In this document: positions 37,336 to 47,175 of the stretch, one piece after another
Position numbering within the stretch: position 1 is the first letter of the stretch
Layout of the letters: each line of letters starts with the position of its first letter
Translations under genes and position numbers: made by a program
Notes under the pieces: generated by a model
The model's database searches: none
The model's input: only the letters and a program-made list of their open reading frames with translations
Told to the model about the DNA's origin: nothing
Assembly (NCBI GenBank): GCA_945786985.1
Contig: CALZGC010000103.1
Location: 1 to 57,867, forward strand
Source of the DNA: an uncultured Nitrospirota bacterium
Lineage (GTDB): Bacteria; CG2-30-53-67
Direction of reading: 5' to 3'
DNA: 57,867 nt

Positions 37336-38332
37336 CTCTTACTTCGCACTGATAGCACTGATGGTGCTCGGCGGTGCCGTTCTGGCAGGCGCGCGCCTCC
37401 ATTCTCTTTTCAATTTGCCCCTCCGGTCGGAATCGCCGCCGGAGATCGTGGACATTCTCCCGGGAACCAGTGTCAGCGGGGTGGCCAGACTCCTGCACGA
37501 GCGAAACCTCATCTCGTCTCCCCGGGCCTTCAAGCTGCTTGTTCGCCTGACGGCCTCTGATGGCGACATCCTGGCCGGTGAATACGAGATCTCGGCGGCC
37601 CAGTCGTCCCGGGAAATCCTGACGCGCCTGCGCAAGGGCGGGACCGTCATGCATTGGGTCACCGTTCCGGAGGGACTGCGCGTCGAGGAGGTCGCGCCCA
37701 TTGTGGCCGAGAACCTGGACCTTTCGCAGGAGCGGTTCACCGCGCTCATGGCGAAGGCCGAGTTCATCGCTTCCCTGGGTGTCGACGCCCCGCATCTGGA
37801 GGGGTATCTCCTGCCCGAAACCTACGCCTTTTCCAAAGGGGTGACCGAAGAGCAGGTCATCGGTAAAATGGTCGGCGACATGCTGGCCCTTTTCGACGAG
37901 GAGAAGCGGGCAAGGATGAAAGCGCTGGGCATGAACCTTCACCAGCTGCTCACCCTGGCGTCCATCATTGAAAAGGAAGCCGGTGTCATGAGCGAGGCGC
38001 CGCTCATCGCTTCAGTTTATCACAACCGCCTCCAGAACAAGATGCGCCTCCAGAGCGACCCCACCGTGATTTACGGGATCGAAGATTTCGACGGCAACCT
38101 GCGGCGGCGCGACCTGACCCGGGACGGCCCCTACAACACCTATACGCGACGGGGATTGCCGCCGACACCCATTGCGAATCCCGGGCGAAGCTCCATTGAG
38201 GGCGCTCTCTATCCGGCGGCCACCCCGTACCTCTATTTTGTTTCCCGCAACGATCGGACCCATGTTTTTTCCGAAACCCTGGCGGAGCACAATCGCGCGG
38301 TCGATCGCTATCAGAGGCGCCGCTCCCCATAA
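37325..38332 (+). CDS. mltG: Endolytic transglycosylase MltG
   Basis: N-terminal TM, TVPEG, LEGYLLPETY, ASIIEKEA, LQSDPT, YNTY..GLPPTPIANPG. Confidence 0.95.
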   Translation: MRTSSYFALIALMVLGGAVLAGARLHSLFNLPLRSESPPEIVDILPGTSVSGVARLLHERNLISSPRAFKLLVRLTASDGDILAGEYEISAAQSSREILTRLRKGGTVMHWVTVPEGLRVEEVAPIVAENLDLSQERFTALMAKAEFIASLGVDAPHLEGYLLPETYAFSKGVTEEQVIGKMVGDMLALFDEEKRARMKALGMNLHQLLTLASIIEKEAGVMSEAPLIASVYHNRLQNKMRLQSDPTVIYGIEDFDGNLRRRDLTRDGPYNTYTRRGLPPTPIANPGRSSIEGALYPAATPYLYFVSRNDRTHVFSETLAEHNRAVDRYQRRRSP

Positions 38333-38423
38333 GCTTCGCTTGACAGAGTCGGCGGTTTTCTATTATAGAAGTGCATCGCAACTGCCAACCACCCACCAGC
38401 GGGTTGACTGCCAAAGGAAGAGG

Positions 38424-39017
38424 ATGAACATGCCGACGGAGTCTTTGAAGAAGCGACTGATTCAGATTGTGCTTCAGCGATCCTTTCAGTACCGGGATGC
38501 GCCGACCTTTCAGCTCGCCTCGGGACGGCTGAGCCAGTTTTATTTCAACTGCAAGACCACCGTTCTGCACCCCGAGGGGATGTATCTGGTCGGCACCCTC
38601 GGCTTCCGTCTGATGCGGAACCTGGATATTCAAGCGGTGGGGGGACTGACCCTGGGGGCGGACCCGGTGGCCTGTGCCATCAGTTATACTTCTTTTCGGG
38701 AGCACCAGCCGATTGAGGCTTTCATTGTCCGCAAGGAGCCGAAGAAGCACGGTACGCGGCTTCCCATTGAAGGGAACGTGGCCGACGGGGACCGTGTGGT
38801 GGTGGTGGATGACGTGATCACCACCGGGGGCTCCACGCTCAAAGCCATCGGCGCTGCCCGGGACAACGGCTTGGAGGTGGTCCAGGCCGTTGCGCTCATC
38901 GATCGTCAGGAGGGCGGTCGCGAAAACATTGAAGCCGCGGGGGTTCCCTTCCAGGCGATCCTCATCCGGGAAGAGGTCATGCGCGCGTTTCGTGAAGGAG
39001 AAGAGCCCGGCCTCTGA
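38424..39017 (+). CDS. pyrE: Orotate phosphoribosyltransferase
   Basis: FQLASG, GGLTLGADP, RKEPKKHG, VVVDDVITTGGS; start 38424 or 38430. Confidence 0.93.
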   Translation: MNMPTESLKKRLIQIVLQRSFQYRDAPTFQLASGRLSQFYFNCKTTVLHPEGMYLVGTLGFRLMRNLDIQAVGGLTLGADPVACAISYTSFREHQPIEAFIVRKEPKKHGTRLPIEGNVADGDRVVVVDDVITTGGSTLKAIGAARDNGLEVVQAVALIDRQEGGRENIEAAGVPFQAILIREEVMRAFREGEEPGL

Positions 39018-39031
39018 GGGTTTCGCGCACT

Positions 39032-39724
39032 ATGTCAAAGATTTTTCTTTTCTATATTCTGACGGTGATCACGCGCAACCCCTTCTTCTCCCTGCTCGTC
39101 ATCCTGGCGCTCTATTTTCTTATCGACCGGCGTTTCATCGGTCTGCTGCCCGATTTTTACCGCCCGCTACGCGTTCGAAGAGAGATGTCCCGGCTCCGGC
39201 GGGAGGTGATGCTCAACCCCCATAACGCCGAAGCCCTGAGCAACCTGGGCCGGGACCTGGTGGGTATGAAGCGGTACCGGGACGGTGTCGCGCACCTGGA
39301 GCGTGCGCTGGAGAAGATGTCCGAGATTGCAGAGACCCGCTATTATCTGGGCCTGGGCTATCTGCGCCTCCGGGAATTCGATCGCGCCGAAGCGCATCTG
39401 AAGGCCGCCATCTCGCTGGATCCCCGTTACGGCTATGGAGAGGCTTACCTGAGGCTGGGGGATCTGCATGCGCTGCGGGGCGAGGTGGATGCGGCCCTGC
39501 AGGCCTACGAGTCCTTCACCGGCATTCATACGTCCAGTTCGGAGGGGTTTTTCAAACTGGGAGAGTTGTGGCTGCAACGGGGGGACGCCCCGCGGGCCCG
39601 GACGTTCTACCAGGAGGCGCTGCAGGCTTTTCGGGGGTCGCCGCCGCACAAGAAGCGCATTGACCGGTCCTGGTTCTGGAAGGCCAGGATGGCCCTCCTG
39701 CGCCAGGGGCGTCAGGCGGGCTGA
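39032..39724 (+). CDS. Membrane-anchored tetratricopeptide repeat protein
   Basis: N-terminal hydrophobic segments then TPR-like repeats (ALSNLGR, YYLGLGY, AYLRLGD, FFKLGE). Confidence 0.8.
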   Translation: MSKIFLFYILTVITRNPFFSLLVILALYFLIDRRFIGLLPDFYRPLRVRREMSRLRREVMLNPHNAEALSNLGRDLVGMKRYRDGVAHLERALEKMSEIAETRYYLGLGYLRLREFDRAEAHLKAAISLDPRYGYGEAYLRLGDLHALRGEVDAALQAYESFTGIHTSSSEGFFKLGELWLQRGDAPRARTFYQEALQAFRGSPPHKKRIDRSWFWKARMALLRQGRQAG

Positions 39725-39804
39725 GGGGTCACAACAAGCCCGTCCGTCTCCGCCATCGGCCTGCTCGACAGCTTTCTCAGCAAGGATCCGGACCGCGTTC
39801 CGTG

Positions 39805-39984
39805 TCAGGCCGCCGCCTGGCCCAGTTTATTCAGGATCTCCATGAGCACCTTCTTGCGTCGCTTCAACGTTTCCCGGAAATCCTTCCGGTCGGTGTCCGC
39901 GATCTCCATGCCGAGGTCTGAAACGTCGCCGGACAAGGTCTCACGAAGAATGGCGGCCTCTTCCGAGTTCAGCCTGATTTCCAT
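39805..39984 (-). CDS. Small hypothetical protein (59 aa, helical)
   Basis: RBS GGGGAGG before ATG; MEIRLNSEEAAILRETL..SDL.MEIADTD..DFRE.LK. Confidence 0.7.
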   Translation of the reverse strand: MEIRLNSEEAAILRETLSGDVSDLGMEIADTDRKDFRETLKRRKKVLMEILNKLGQAAA

Positions 39985-40096
39985 GACAGCCTCCTCCCCT
40001 GCGCAACGGCGCGCAGTTTTCCAGTATTCTATCCATACCACCGGCTGAGGGTTTTGTCCAGGACCGCTGCGCATTGCGTTCTGCGCAGACGTAGCG

Positions 40097-41287
40097 TCAG
40101 GCTTCTGCGTCTGAAACGAGTGTTAGAATGCCCGACAAGGTGTGAAAGGAGTTGATGCCGCGGATGGGTGCCAGTTCCCCGAAGCTGGAAAGCCCCAGGA
40201 GCGGCATCTCGGGGAAGTATTGCCGGATGACCTGAATGTCCTTGTTCATGGATCGTGCGAAGAGTTCCCGTCGGGAGGCGGAATTGAAATAGAAACCGAA
40301 GCGGGGCGGTCTTTCCGTGAGGGAGACCGAGAGGGCCTGCACCATCTCTTCGAACTCCGCCAGCGCCTTTTTCGGATCGACCACCACGAACGAAAGGGGC
40401 TGCCCTTCCAGGATGGGTTCGTTTGTGGACAGGCTGCCGTCCGCGCCGCTCACCTCGGTGATCGGACGCACCACGTAATTGCCCGAACGCAGTTCGGTGC
40501 TCGCCGGGTCCGCAGTGAGGCCGAGCTTGATAAAATCCACGGCATGGGAAATGACATTGGAGACGGGGCCTTTGATGATCTGGGCTAGATGCTCCATGGG
40601 CGGGCGTCCCCGGAGTTCCAGGACCCGGTTGCCTTCGGCTTTGGTTACGATTAGCGGTCCGCTGACGGGATGACAGGTCTGACAGATGCCGCTGGTGTGC
40701 ATAAACTCCCCCGTGAGGTAGAGGCCGGAGACGGCGCCCGAACTGGCACCCTTTTCGCTGAACTGGACGGGCGGATTCTCGTGATCCCTCCCCGAGGCGC
40801 AACCGCCGATGATGGTGATGGGCCCGGTGCTTTCTTCTTCAATGCTCGTCAGGAGCCGGGCCGCGTGAAAGGAGCCATGGTCGGGGAGTAGGGTCAGCAG
40901 GTCGACCCCTCTGTTCAGTTCCCGGGTAAACTCGCCGATGGCATGCCCCACGGTTTCTTCGCGCGCGTTCAGGTCCCGGAAGAGAAAGGTATAGCCGTGG
41001 AGGACGTCCGAGTCCACGGCCATGACGGCAATACCGGGTCCCCGATCGACCTCATCCTGGTGGGTCTGGACCCCGACGCCGCTGCACCCGGACAGATGGG
41101 GGGCGCCGGTTGTCTCCCCCACGGTCTCAATGAGGCCCGTGTAATCGGTTCTGTGATGGGGCGTTGTGAAAACGATCGCGAAATCCGCGCGCACAATCCC
41201 CGCGCTGGCCATCGCCAGACGGGAAGCTTCAGCAGCCGCCTCCATCGTATTGTCTTCGGTTGAGCAACCGACACCGACCTGAATCAT
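40097..41287 (-). CDS. FIST N/C domain sensory protein
   Basis: GCSGVG, IGGCASG, VTKAEGNRVLELRGRP, YVVR, GLSSFGELAP. Confidence 0.88.
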   Translation of the reverse strand: MIQVGVGCSTEDNTMEAAAEASRLAMASAGIVRADFAIVFTTPHHRTDYTGLIETVGETTGAPHLSGCSGVGVQTHQDEVDRGPGIAVMAVDSDVLHGYTFLFRDLNAREETVGHAIGEFTRELNRGVDLLTLLPDHGSFHAARLLTSIEEESTGPITIIGGCASGRDHENPPVQFSEKGASSGAVSGLYLTGEFMHTSGICQTCHPVSGPLIVTKAEGNRVLELRGRPPMEHLAQIIKGPVSNVISHAVDFIKLGLTADPASTELRSGNYVVRPITEVSGADGSLSTNEPILEGQPLSFVVVDPKKALAEFEEMVQALSVSLTERPPRFGFYFNSASRRELFARSMNKDIQVIRQYFPEMPLLGLSSFGELAPIRGINSFHTLSGILTLVSDAEA

Positions 41288-41511
41288 AAATGGATTATTC
41301 CCCAGGAAACGGGCTTATTACAGCATGATTCCGGGTGGCTGTCAATTTCTAATAAACCGTTTCTCGTGCGGTGTTTCGGGGTAAGGCACTGGGCCATCGT
41401 CCTGAGGCGCGATCTCGGTAGATCGCAGCGGAAGCTGTTGTCACGGCGTCCATTCTGTGCTAACGTGGGGCATCTTTTCGAGCCATACCGGCAGTCAGGA
41501 GAGAGACGATC

Positions 41512-42309
41512 GTGATCCGCTCCAGTGCTGTGGCAGGAACGTTCTACAGCGCCGATGCTGAGACGCTGCGGCGCTCCGTGCAAGGTTTTCTGAGCGATGC
41601 CCCTCAGTGCACAGCCGTTGGTGTGGTGGTTCCCCATGCCGGATATCTCTACTCGGGAGCGGTGGCCGGAGAGGTCTATTCGCATATCAGGGTCCCCGAG
41701 GTCGGTGTCATCCTGAGCCCGAATCATACGGGCCGGGGCGCGGAGGCGTCCATCATGTGCGCCGGCAGCTGGGAGACGCCGCTGGGCAAGATGGCTGTGG
41801 ACGAGGCGCTGGCCTTGGCCATTCTCGAGCGTTCGCAGCTAATGCAGGAAGACTCGGCCGCGCACCTCCAAGAGCATTCCGTTGAGGTGCAGCTTCCCTT
41901 TCTGCAAGTCCTCGGTACAACGGTTTTTGTGCCGATCACCTTGAGGGCAATCGGTTTTGAACAGTGCACGGCCGTGGCGGAGGCCATCGCGGGGGCCGTA
42001 CGGGAGAGCGGCCGGTCGGTGGTCCTGATCGCCAGTTCCGACATGACTCATTATGAGAGCCGCGACGCGGCGACCCGCAAGGATCGGCTGGCGCTCGATC
42101 GGGTGGAGGCCCTGGATCCCCAAGGGCTCTATGAGACGGTGCGGCAGCAGTGCATCTCCATGTGCGGGGTCATTCCGACGGCCATCATGCTGCTGGCGGC
42201 AAAGGCCCTGGGTGCCACCCGGGCCCGGACCGTGCGTTACGCGACCTCCGGCGAGGTCTCGGGCGATTTCGCGCAGGTAGTGGGATATGCAGGCGTGATC
42301 GTAGAATGA
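41512..42309 (+). CDS. AmmeMemoRadiSam system protein B (MEMO1 family)
   Basis: AVAGTFY, PHAGYLYSG, PNHTG, EHSVEVQLPFLQ, SSDMTHY, SMCG, VGYAG. Confidence 0.93.
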   Translation: MIRSSAVAGTFYSADAETLRRSVQGFLSDAPQCTAVGVVVPHAGYLYSGAVAGEVYSHIRVPEVGVILSPNHTGRGAEASIMCAGSWETPLGKMAVDEALALAILERSQLMQEDSAAHLQEHSVEVQLPFLQVLGTTVFVPITLRAIGFEQCTAVAEAIAGAVRESGRSVVLIASSDMTHYESRDAATRKDRLALDRVEALDPQGLYETVRQQCISMCGVIPTAIMLLAAKALGATRARTVRYATSGEVSGDFAQVVGYAGVIVE

Positions 42310-42361
42310 CACGAGAGCCCCCCGGCGGGGGGTCCCGCTCTTGTCAGAGGAAAGGGTGGCA

Positions 42362-43183
42362 GTGAGGTTTTCGGTCCTTGCGAGCGGAAGCTCCGGCAAC
42401 GCGGTTTACCTGGAATCGGGGCGGACGAAGCTGCTCATAGACGGCGGGCTGAGCGGCCGGGAGCTGACGAGGCGACTGGCCTGTCTCGGCGTCGACCCCG
42501 CTTCCCTGCATGGCATTCTGGTCACCCATGAGCACCGTGACCATATCCTGGGCGTCGGGGTCCTTGCCCGACGCTTTGGTTTGTCGGTGTACATTCATCC
42601 CGCAACCCGGGCTGCCGCGGCAGCCCTGCTCGGGCCCGTCTCCGCAACCATTCCCTTTCAGACAAGCAGCGTTTTTTCGGTGGGGGAGATTGAAGTGACC
42701 CCCTTTCCCGTCCCCCACGATGCGGCCAATCCGGTGGGGTTCACCTTCTGTTCGAACGGAAAGAAACTGGGCCTGGCCACCGATATGGGGTATGCGCCCC
42801 TGGTCGTGCGGGAGCGGCTCAAAGGCTCCCATACGCTGATCCTGGAATCGAACCACGATCTGACCATGCTCCAGGAGGGGCCCTACGCCTGGCCGCTGAA
42901 GCAGCGGATCATGAGCCGGCGGGGACATTTGTCGAACGACGCCTCCCGATCGCTCCTGCAGGACCTGGTGCACCGTCACCTGGACAGTGTGGTCCTGGCC
43001 CATCTCAGCGACGTCAACAACCAGCATGCCCTTGCGTACAACGCGGCCCGGGACGTGGTCGTTCGTTCGGGCTGGCCCATCCGTCTGGTAACGGCCCGGC
43101 AGGACGACGTGGGCGCGCTCATGGAGGTCCGCGATGGCGGGGGTGTCTTGGAACCCCCCGGGGAAATGAAGCCGATCCCATGA
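42362..43183 (+). CDS. MBL-fold metallo-hydrolase, YycJ/WalJ family
   Basis: LASGSSGN, THEHRDH, PHDA, TDMG, ESNHD, GHLSN, AHLS..N; start 42362 (alternative 42341). Confidence 0.9.
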   Translation: MRFSVLASGSSGNAVYLESGRTKLLIDGGLSGRELTRRLACLGVDPASLHGILVTHEHRDHILGVGVLARRFGLSVYIHPATRAAAAALLGPVSATIPFQTSSVFSVGEIEVTPFPVPHDAANPVGFTFCSNGKKLGLATDMGYAPLVVRERLKGSHTLILESNHDLTMLQEGPYAWPLKQRIMSRRGHLSNDASRSLLQDLVHRHLDSVVLAHLSDVNNQHALAYNAARDVVVRSGWPIRLVTARQDDVGALMEVRDGGGVLEPPGEMKPIP

Positions 43184-45192
43184 ACCGACAGGAAGGTGCC
43201 AGGCGAGCGGCCGTGCTCCGGCACGAAATCGCGCGACATGATCGGCTCTACTACGTGGAGCATCGGCCGGAGATCACCGATGACGCGTACGACCGCCTGA
43301 TGCAGACGCTCGTCGAGATCGAAACCCGCTTCCCCGGACTGATTGTTCCCGATTCACCGACCCAGCGTGTCGGCGGGGCCCCGCTGGAAGGGTTTCCCAC
43401 GGTCCGGCATGCGGTTCCCATGATGAGCCTGGGGAATACCTATTCCCGGGAAGAATTGCAGGCCTTTGCCGAGCGGGTGCAGCGTTTCCTCGAGGGGGAG
43501 ACGCCCGAGTTTGTGGCGGAGCTCAAGATCGACGGCGTGGCCGTTTCGCTGCGGTACGAGGACGGGTTTTTCGTCCGGGGGGCGACCCGGGGCGACGGGT
43601 CCTCCGGGGATGACGTGACGGCCAATCTTCGGACGATCCGGAGCATCCCCCTGCGGGTTGCCCAATCGGAACGACCCATTGAAGTGCGGGGCGAGGTGTA
43701 CCTCTCCCGCACGGGCTTCGAGCGTCTGAATCACGAGCGTCTTGCGCAGAACGAAGAGCCCTTTGCCAATCCGCGAAATGCAGCGGCCGGGTCCCTGAAG
43801 CTTCTGGACCCCCGGATGACGGCCGAGCGTCCGCTGGAGATCTTCATCTACGATCTCATCGATACCCGAAGCGCCCTGACCTACCAGCATGAGAAGCTGG
43901 AGACTCTCTCCCAATTGGGCTTCCGGGTGAATCTGGATTACCGGCGGTGTCCCGGTCTGGAGGAGGTGAACCGGTTTTGCGACGAGTGGGCGGAAAAGCG
44001 GGAGAGCCTCGATTACGACATCGACGGTGTCGTGGTGAAGGTCAACGATGTTCGGCAGCAGATGCGCCTGGGTGCCACCGCCAAGAGCCCCCGATGGGCA
44101 ATTGCCTACAAGTATGCCGCCCGTCAGGCCACGACCCTCATCGAGGCTGTTGACGTGCAGGTAGGGCGCACCGGCACCCTCACGCCCGTGGCTCAACTGC
44201 GGCCCGTCAAGCTGGCAGGCTCGACCATCAGTCGGGCCACTCTGCACAATGAAGACGAAATTCGCCGGAAGGATATTCGCGTCGGTGATACCGTCCTGAT
44301 CGAGAAGGGCGGAGACATTATCCCCAAGGTGGTCAAGGTCCTTCTTCACCCCGAGGCCCGCCGCAGTGAGCCGTTCCAGATGCCCAAAACCTGTCCGGAC
44401 TGCGGCGGTGCGATCGAACGCCCCGAGGACGAAGTGGCCTGGCGTTGTGTGAATCCTTTCTGTCCGGCCCAGCTGCAACGCACGGTAGCGCATTTCGTGT
44501 CGCGAACGGCCATGGACATCGAGGGGATGGGGAAGGCTCTGATCGAGCAGCTCGTTTCCCGGGAGCTTATTAGAGACTACGCCGACATCTACACCCTGGA
44601 GGCCGGCCCCCTGGCCGCGCTGGAGCGGATGGGGAAGAAATCAGCGGATACTCTTACAGCCGCCATTGTACAGAGCAAGCGCCGGCCCCTGGCTCGGCTG
44701 ATATACGCCCTGGGGATCCGCCACGTGGGGAGCAAGACAGCCGAGATCCTGGCGAAGCGCTACGGAACACTCGACGAGCTCGAGCAGGCGTCCGCGGCGG
44801 AACTGGAAGCGATCGAGGAGGTGGGTCCGACGATTGCCGCCAGCATCGAGAGCTTCTTCGCCACGGAGCGTAATCGCCGGGTCCTGGCGAAGCTGCGGCG
44901 TGCGGGCGTACAGACGGAGCAGCCACACCCGAAGGCAGACCGGGTCGGCCCGTTTCAGGGCAAGCGGTTCGTCTTTACAGGAGCCCTCTCGCTGCCCCGG
45001 CACGAGGCTGAACAGAGGGTGAAGGCCCTGGGGGGGCAGGCGTCGCGGTCGGTCAGCGGGAGGACAGACTACGTGGTCTTCGGGGATGCCCCGGGTTCGA
45101 AATTGCAGAAAGCACAGCAACTCGGTGTCACCTGCCTGGAGGAGAAGGAGTTCCTGGAACTCCTGGAGAGGTACGGTCCGAAGGCGTTATGA
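43180..45192 (+). CDS. ligA: NAD-dependent DNA ligase
   Basis: KIDG, TRGDG, EVRGE, NPRNAAAGS, DGVVVK, zinc finger CPDC...C..C, BRCT. Confidence 0.98.
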   Translation: MNRQEGARRAAVLRHEIARHDRLYYVEHRPEITDDAYDRLMQTLVEIETRFPGLIVPDSPTQRVGGAPLEGFPTVRHAVPMMSLGNTYSREELQAFAERVQRFLEGETPEFVAELKIDGVAVSLRYEDGFFVRGATRGDGSSGDDVTANLRTIRSIPLRVAQSERPIEVRGEVYLSRTGFERLNHERLAQNEEPFANPRNAAAGSLKLLDPRMTAERPLEIFIYDLIDTRSALTYQHEKLETLSQLGFRVNLDYRRCPGLEEVNRFCDEWAEKRESLDYDIDGVVVKVNDVRQQMRLGATAKSPRWAIAYKYAARQATTLIEAVDVQVGRTGTLTPVAQLRPVKLAGSTISRATLHNEDEIRRKDIRVGDTVLIEKGGDIIPKVVKVLLHPEARRSEPFQMPKTCPDCGGAIERPEDEVAWRCVNPFCPAQLQRTVAHFVSRTAMDIEGMGKALIEQLVSRELIRDYADIYTLEAGPLAALERMGKKSADTLTAAIVQSKRRPLARLIYALGIRHVGSKTAEILAKRYGTLDELEQASAAELEAIEEVGPTIAASIESFFATERNRRVLAKLRRAGVQTEQPHPKADRVGPFQGKRFVFTGALSLPRHEAEQRVKALGGQASRSVSGRTDYVVFGDAPGSKLQKAQQLGVTCLEEKEFLELLERYGPKAL

Positions 45193-45215
45193 CGGCCCAG
45201 GAGGTGTGAGGCGCG

Positions 45216-46472
45216 ATGTTGGCGTTGATTCTTGTATGTTATCTGGTGGTTGTGCTCTGCGGGTATTTCCTGAAAAGCATCAACCTGCGGCATCTCCAAG
45301 CGCATGGTGCCGAGATCCCTCCCGAATTCTCGGGGATCATCGACGGGGAGCTGCTGGCCAGAACCCGGGACTATACGGTGACCCACACCCGTTTCGGATT
45401 CGCGGCGTCGGCCTTTCGTCATCTGCTGACCCTGATCTTTCTATTCGGTGGCCTGCTCCCCTGGTACAACGGGTTCATTCTCTCCTGGGATCGCTCGTTC
45501 GTCGTGTCAGGGGTCCTTTTCTTTTTGCTGCTGATCTATGCCGGCACGCTTTTGTCGATTCCCTTCGATCTTTATGCCACCTTCGGGATTGAGAACCGAT
45601 ATGGCTTCAACACGGTAACCCCCAGGTTATGGGTGGCCGACCAGGTGAAGGCGCTGCTGATCTCGTCTTTGGTGCTGGCCGTTGTCCTGTGCGCGGGGCT
45701 CTGGCTGGTGCAGGTGAGCCCCCAGGGTTGGTGGTTCTGGGTCTGGAGCTTCTATCTCCTCTTTGGACTGTTCATGATGTACATTTCACCCTACGTGATC
45801 GAACCGCTGTTCAACAAATACACCGCTGTGGACGATCCGGAACTGGAGGGGGAGATACGAGGGCTGATGGAGAAAGTCGGCATCCGGGTGAGCCGGGTCT
45901 TCAAGATGGATGCGTCCAGGAGAAGTACCCACACCAATGCGTACTTCACCGGCATTGGTCGGGTCAAAAGGATCGTGTTATTCGACACGCTGCTGGAAAA
46001 GCTCGACCGGGCGGAGATCATGGCCGTGTTGGCCCATGAAGGGGGCCACTGGAAGAAGAAGCATCTGCTCAAGGGGATCGTGCTGTCCCAGTTGCTGGCG
46101 CTGGTGGGGTGCTATATGGCCTTCCGGTTTACCCGTTCGGATCTCCTGACCGGGCTCTTCGGGGTCACGCCCCCCTCCTTCTTTGCCAAGGTGGTTATTC
46201 TGGGTTTTCTCTTCGGCATCGTCTCGTTTCCGCTGACCCCGCTGCTGAGCGCGCTGACTCGCCACTATGAGCGGGAGGCCGATGCCTTTGCGGTCCGGGT
46301 GACCGGCGATGCCGAATCGCTGGCGTCTTCTCTGACCAAGCTGGCCAGAGACAACCTTTCCAATCTACACCCCCATCCGTGGTACGCCGCCTTCTATTAC
46401 TCCCATCCTCCCGTTGTAGAACGGGTCCGCCGCATTCGCACTCTCCGGTTCCCGAAAGGCAGGCCGGATTGA
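45216..46472 (+). CDS. M48 (Ste24-like) membrane metallopeptidase
   Basis: NAYFTG, RIVLFDTL, AHEGGH, EREAD, YSHPP. Confidence 0.93.
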   Translation: MLALILVCYLVVVLCGYFLKSINLRHLQAHGAEIPPEFSGIIDGELLARTRDYTVTHTRFGFAASAFRHLLTLIFLFGGLLPWYNGFILSWDRSFVVSGVLFFLLLIYAGTLLSIPFDLYATFGIENRYGFNTVTPRLWVADQVKALLISSLVLAVVLCAGLWLVQVSPQGWWFWVWSFYLLFGLFMMYISPYVIEPLFNKYTAVDDPELEGEIRGLMEKVGIRVSRVFKMDASRRSTHTNAYFTGIGRVKRIVLFDTLLEKLDRAEIMAVLAHEGGHWKKKHLLKGIVLSQLLALVGCYMAFRFTRSDLLTGLFGVTPPSFFAKVVILGFLFGIVSFPLTPLLSALTRHYEREADAFAVRVTGDAESLASSLTKLARDNLSNLHPHPWYAAFYYSHPPVVERVRRIRTLRFPKGRPD

Positions 46473-46540
46473 TCCTCGCGCTCGTCCGGTCAACTTTCGG
46501 AAAGTTGCGGCGGGCCGTGAACGGTCGGTGCCGGCCGGGC

Positions 46541-46585
46541 AAAAAAAGGGGCTGCCGCTGCGATCTGTCCGCTGCCGACAACCCC
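46541..46585 (-). terminator. Rho-independent terminator downstream of the 6S-like RNA
   Basis: Minus strand GGGGTTGTCG...CGGCAGCCCC followed by T7. Confidence 0.7.
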
Positions 46586-46593
46586 TAGAATAA

Positions 46594-46776
46594 AATTGCC
46601 ACACCCCAGAGCGGGGGGCCCCAAAGCTTTTCCACTAAGTGGGTGCCTTGATCGATGCTTCAGGCTTCCTCCTCACTGCCTGGAGGCTTGCACACCGCAT
46701 CCGATATGCCCGGCTCCCCTCGTCATTCTTAGTTCTCCGGGTCGACCCGCTCTGGGCTGTGGCAATCCCATATCGT
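46594..46776 (-). ncRNA. ssrS: 6S RNA (SsrS)-like
   Basis: 21-bp closing stem (46595-46615 with 46746-46766, 1 mismatch); internal GGGAGCC...GTGTGCAAG...GAAGCCTGAA...GGCACCCAC typical of 6S apical region; ~180 nt; own promoter and terminator. Confidence 0.75.
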
Positions 46777-46782
46777 GGCCCA

Positions 46783-46811
46783 ACTATACCCCCCATTGCC
46801 GGAAACGTCAA
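46783..46811 (-). promoter_or_regulatory. Sigma70 promoter of the 6S-like RNA
   Basis: TTGACG-N17-TATAGT. Confidence 0.75.
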
Positions 46812-47071
46812 GGGGTCTATACGAAAAAGTGAAGTGAATATATATGGCGCTAAGCGTCATTTTTTCCGGCTTGAAGCGCGCAATATGAGTTTATTTGTTA
46901 GAATATGGAAAATAATGCTGAATAATGGAAAATTTTTGCCCAAAATATGTAATATGTTTCTCTCATAATTTTGCCCGTTCTGCCCCCGTCGAGTCAGAGG
47001 AATGCCCCCCGAAGTGTGGAATCCCAACCTTTACAATCGATTATGCACCCTCTTAACGTTCGTTCGTGATT

Positions 47072-47087
47072 TGGCAAACTTCTTGCT
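47072..47087 (+). promoter_or_regulatory. Sigma54 (-24/-12) promoter
   Basis: TGGCAA-N5-TTGCT; AT-rich tract upstream (46820-46970). Confidence 0.6.
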
Positions 47088-47175
47088 AGCCTAGAGACAC
47101 AAACCTGATGTATCCGCCCTGTCGAGGGGTGTCACAATCTTTCAACCCCAAGGTCCTAATGAGGTGCCGGACAAT

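Noticed and set aside
41512-42309. Complete AmmeMemoRadiSam system
   Set aside because: Only the Memo (B) component is present in the window
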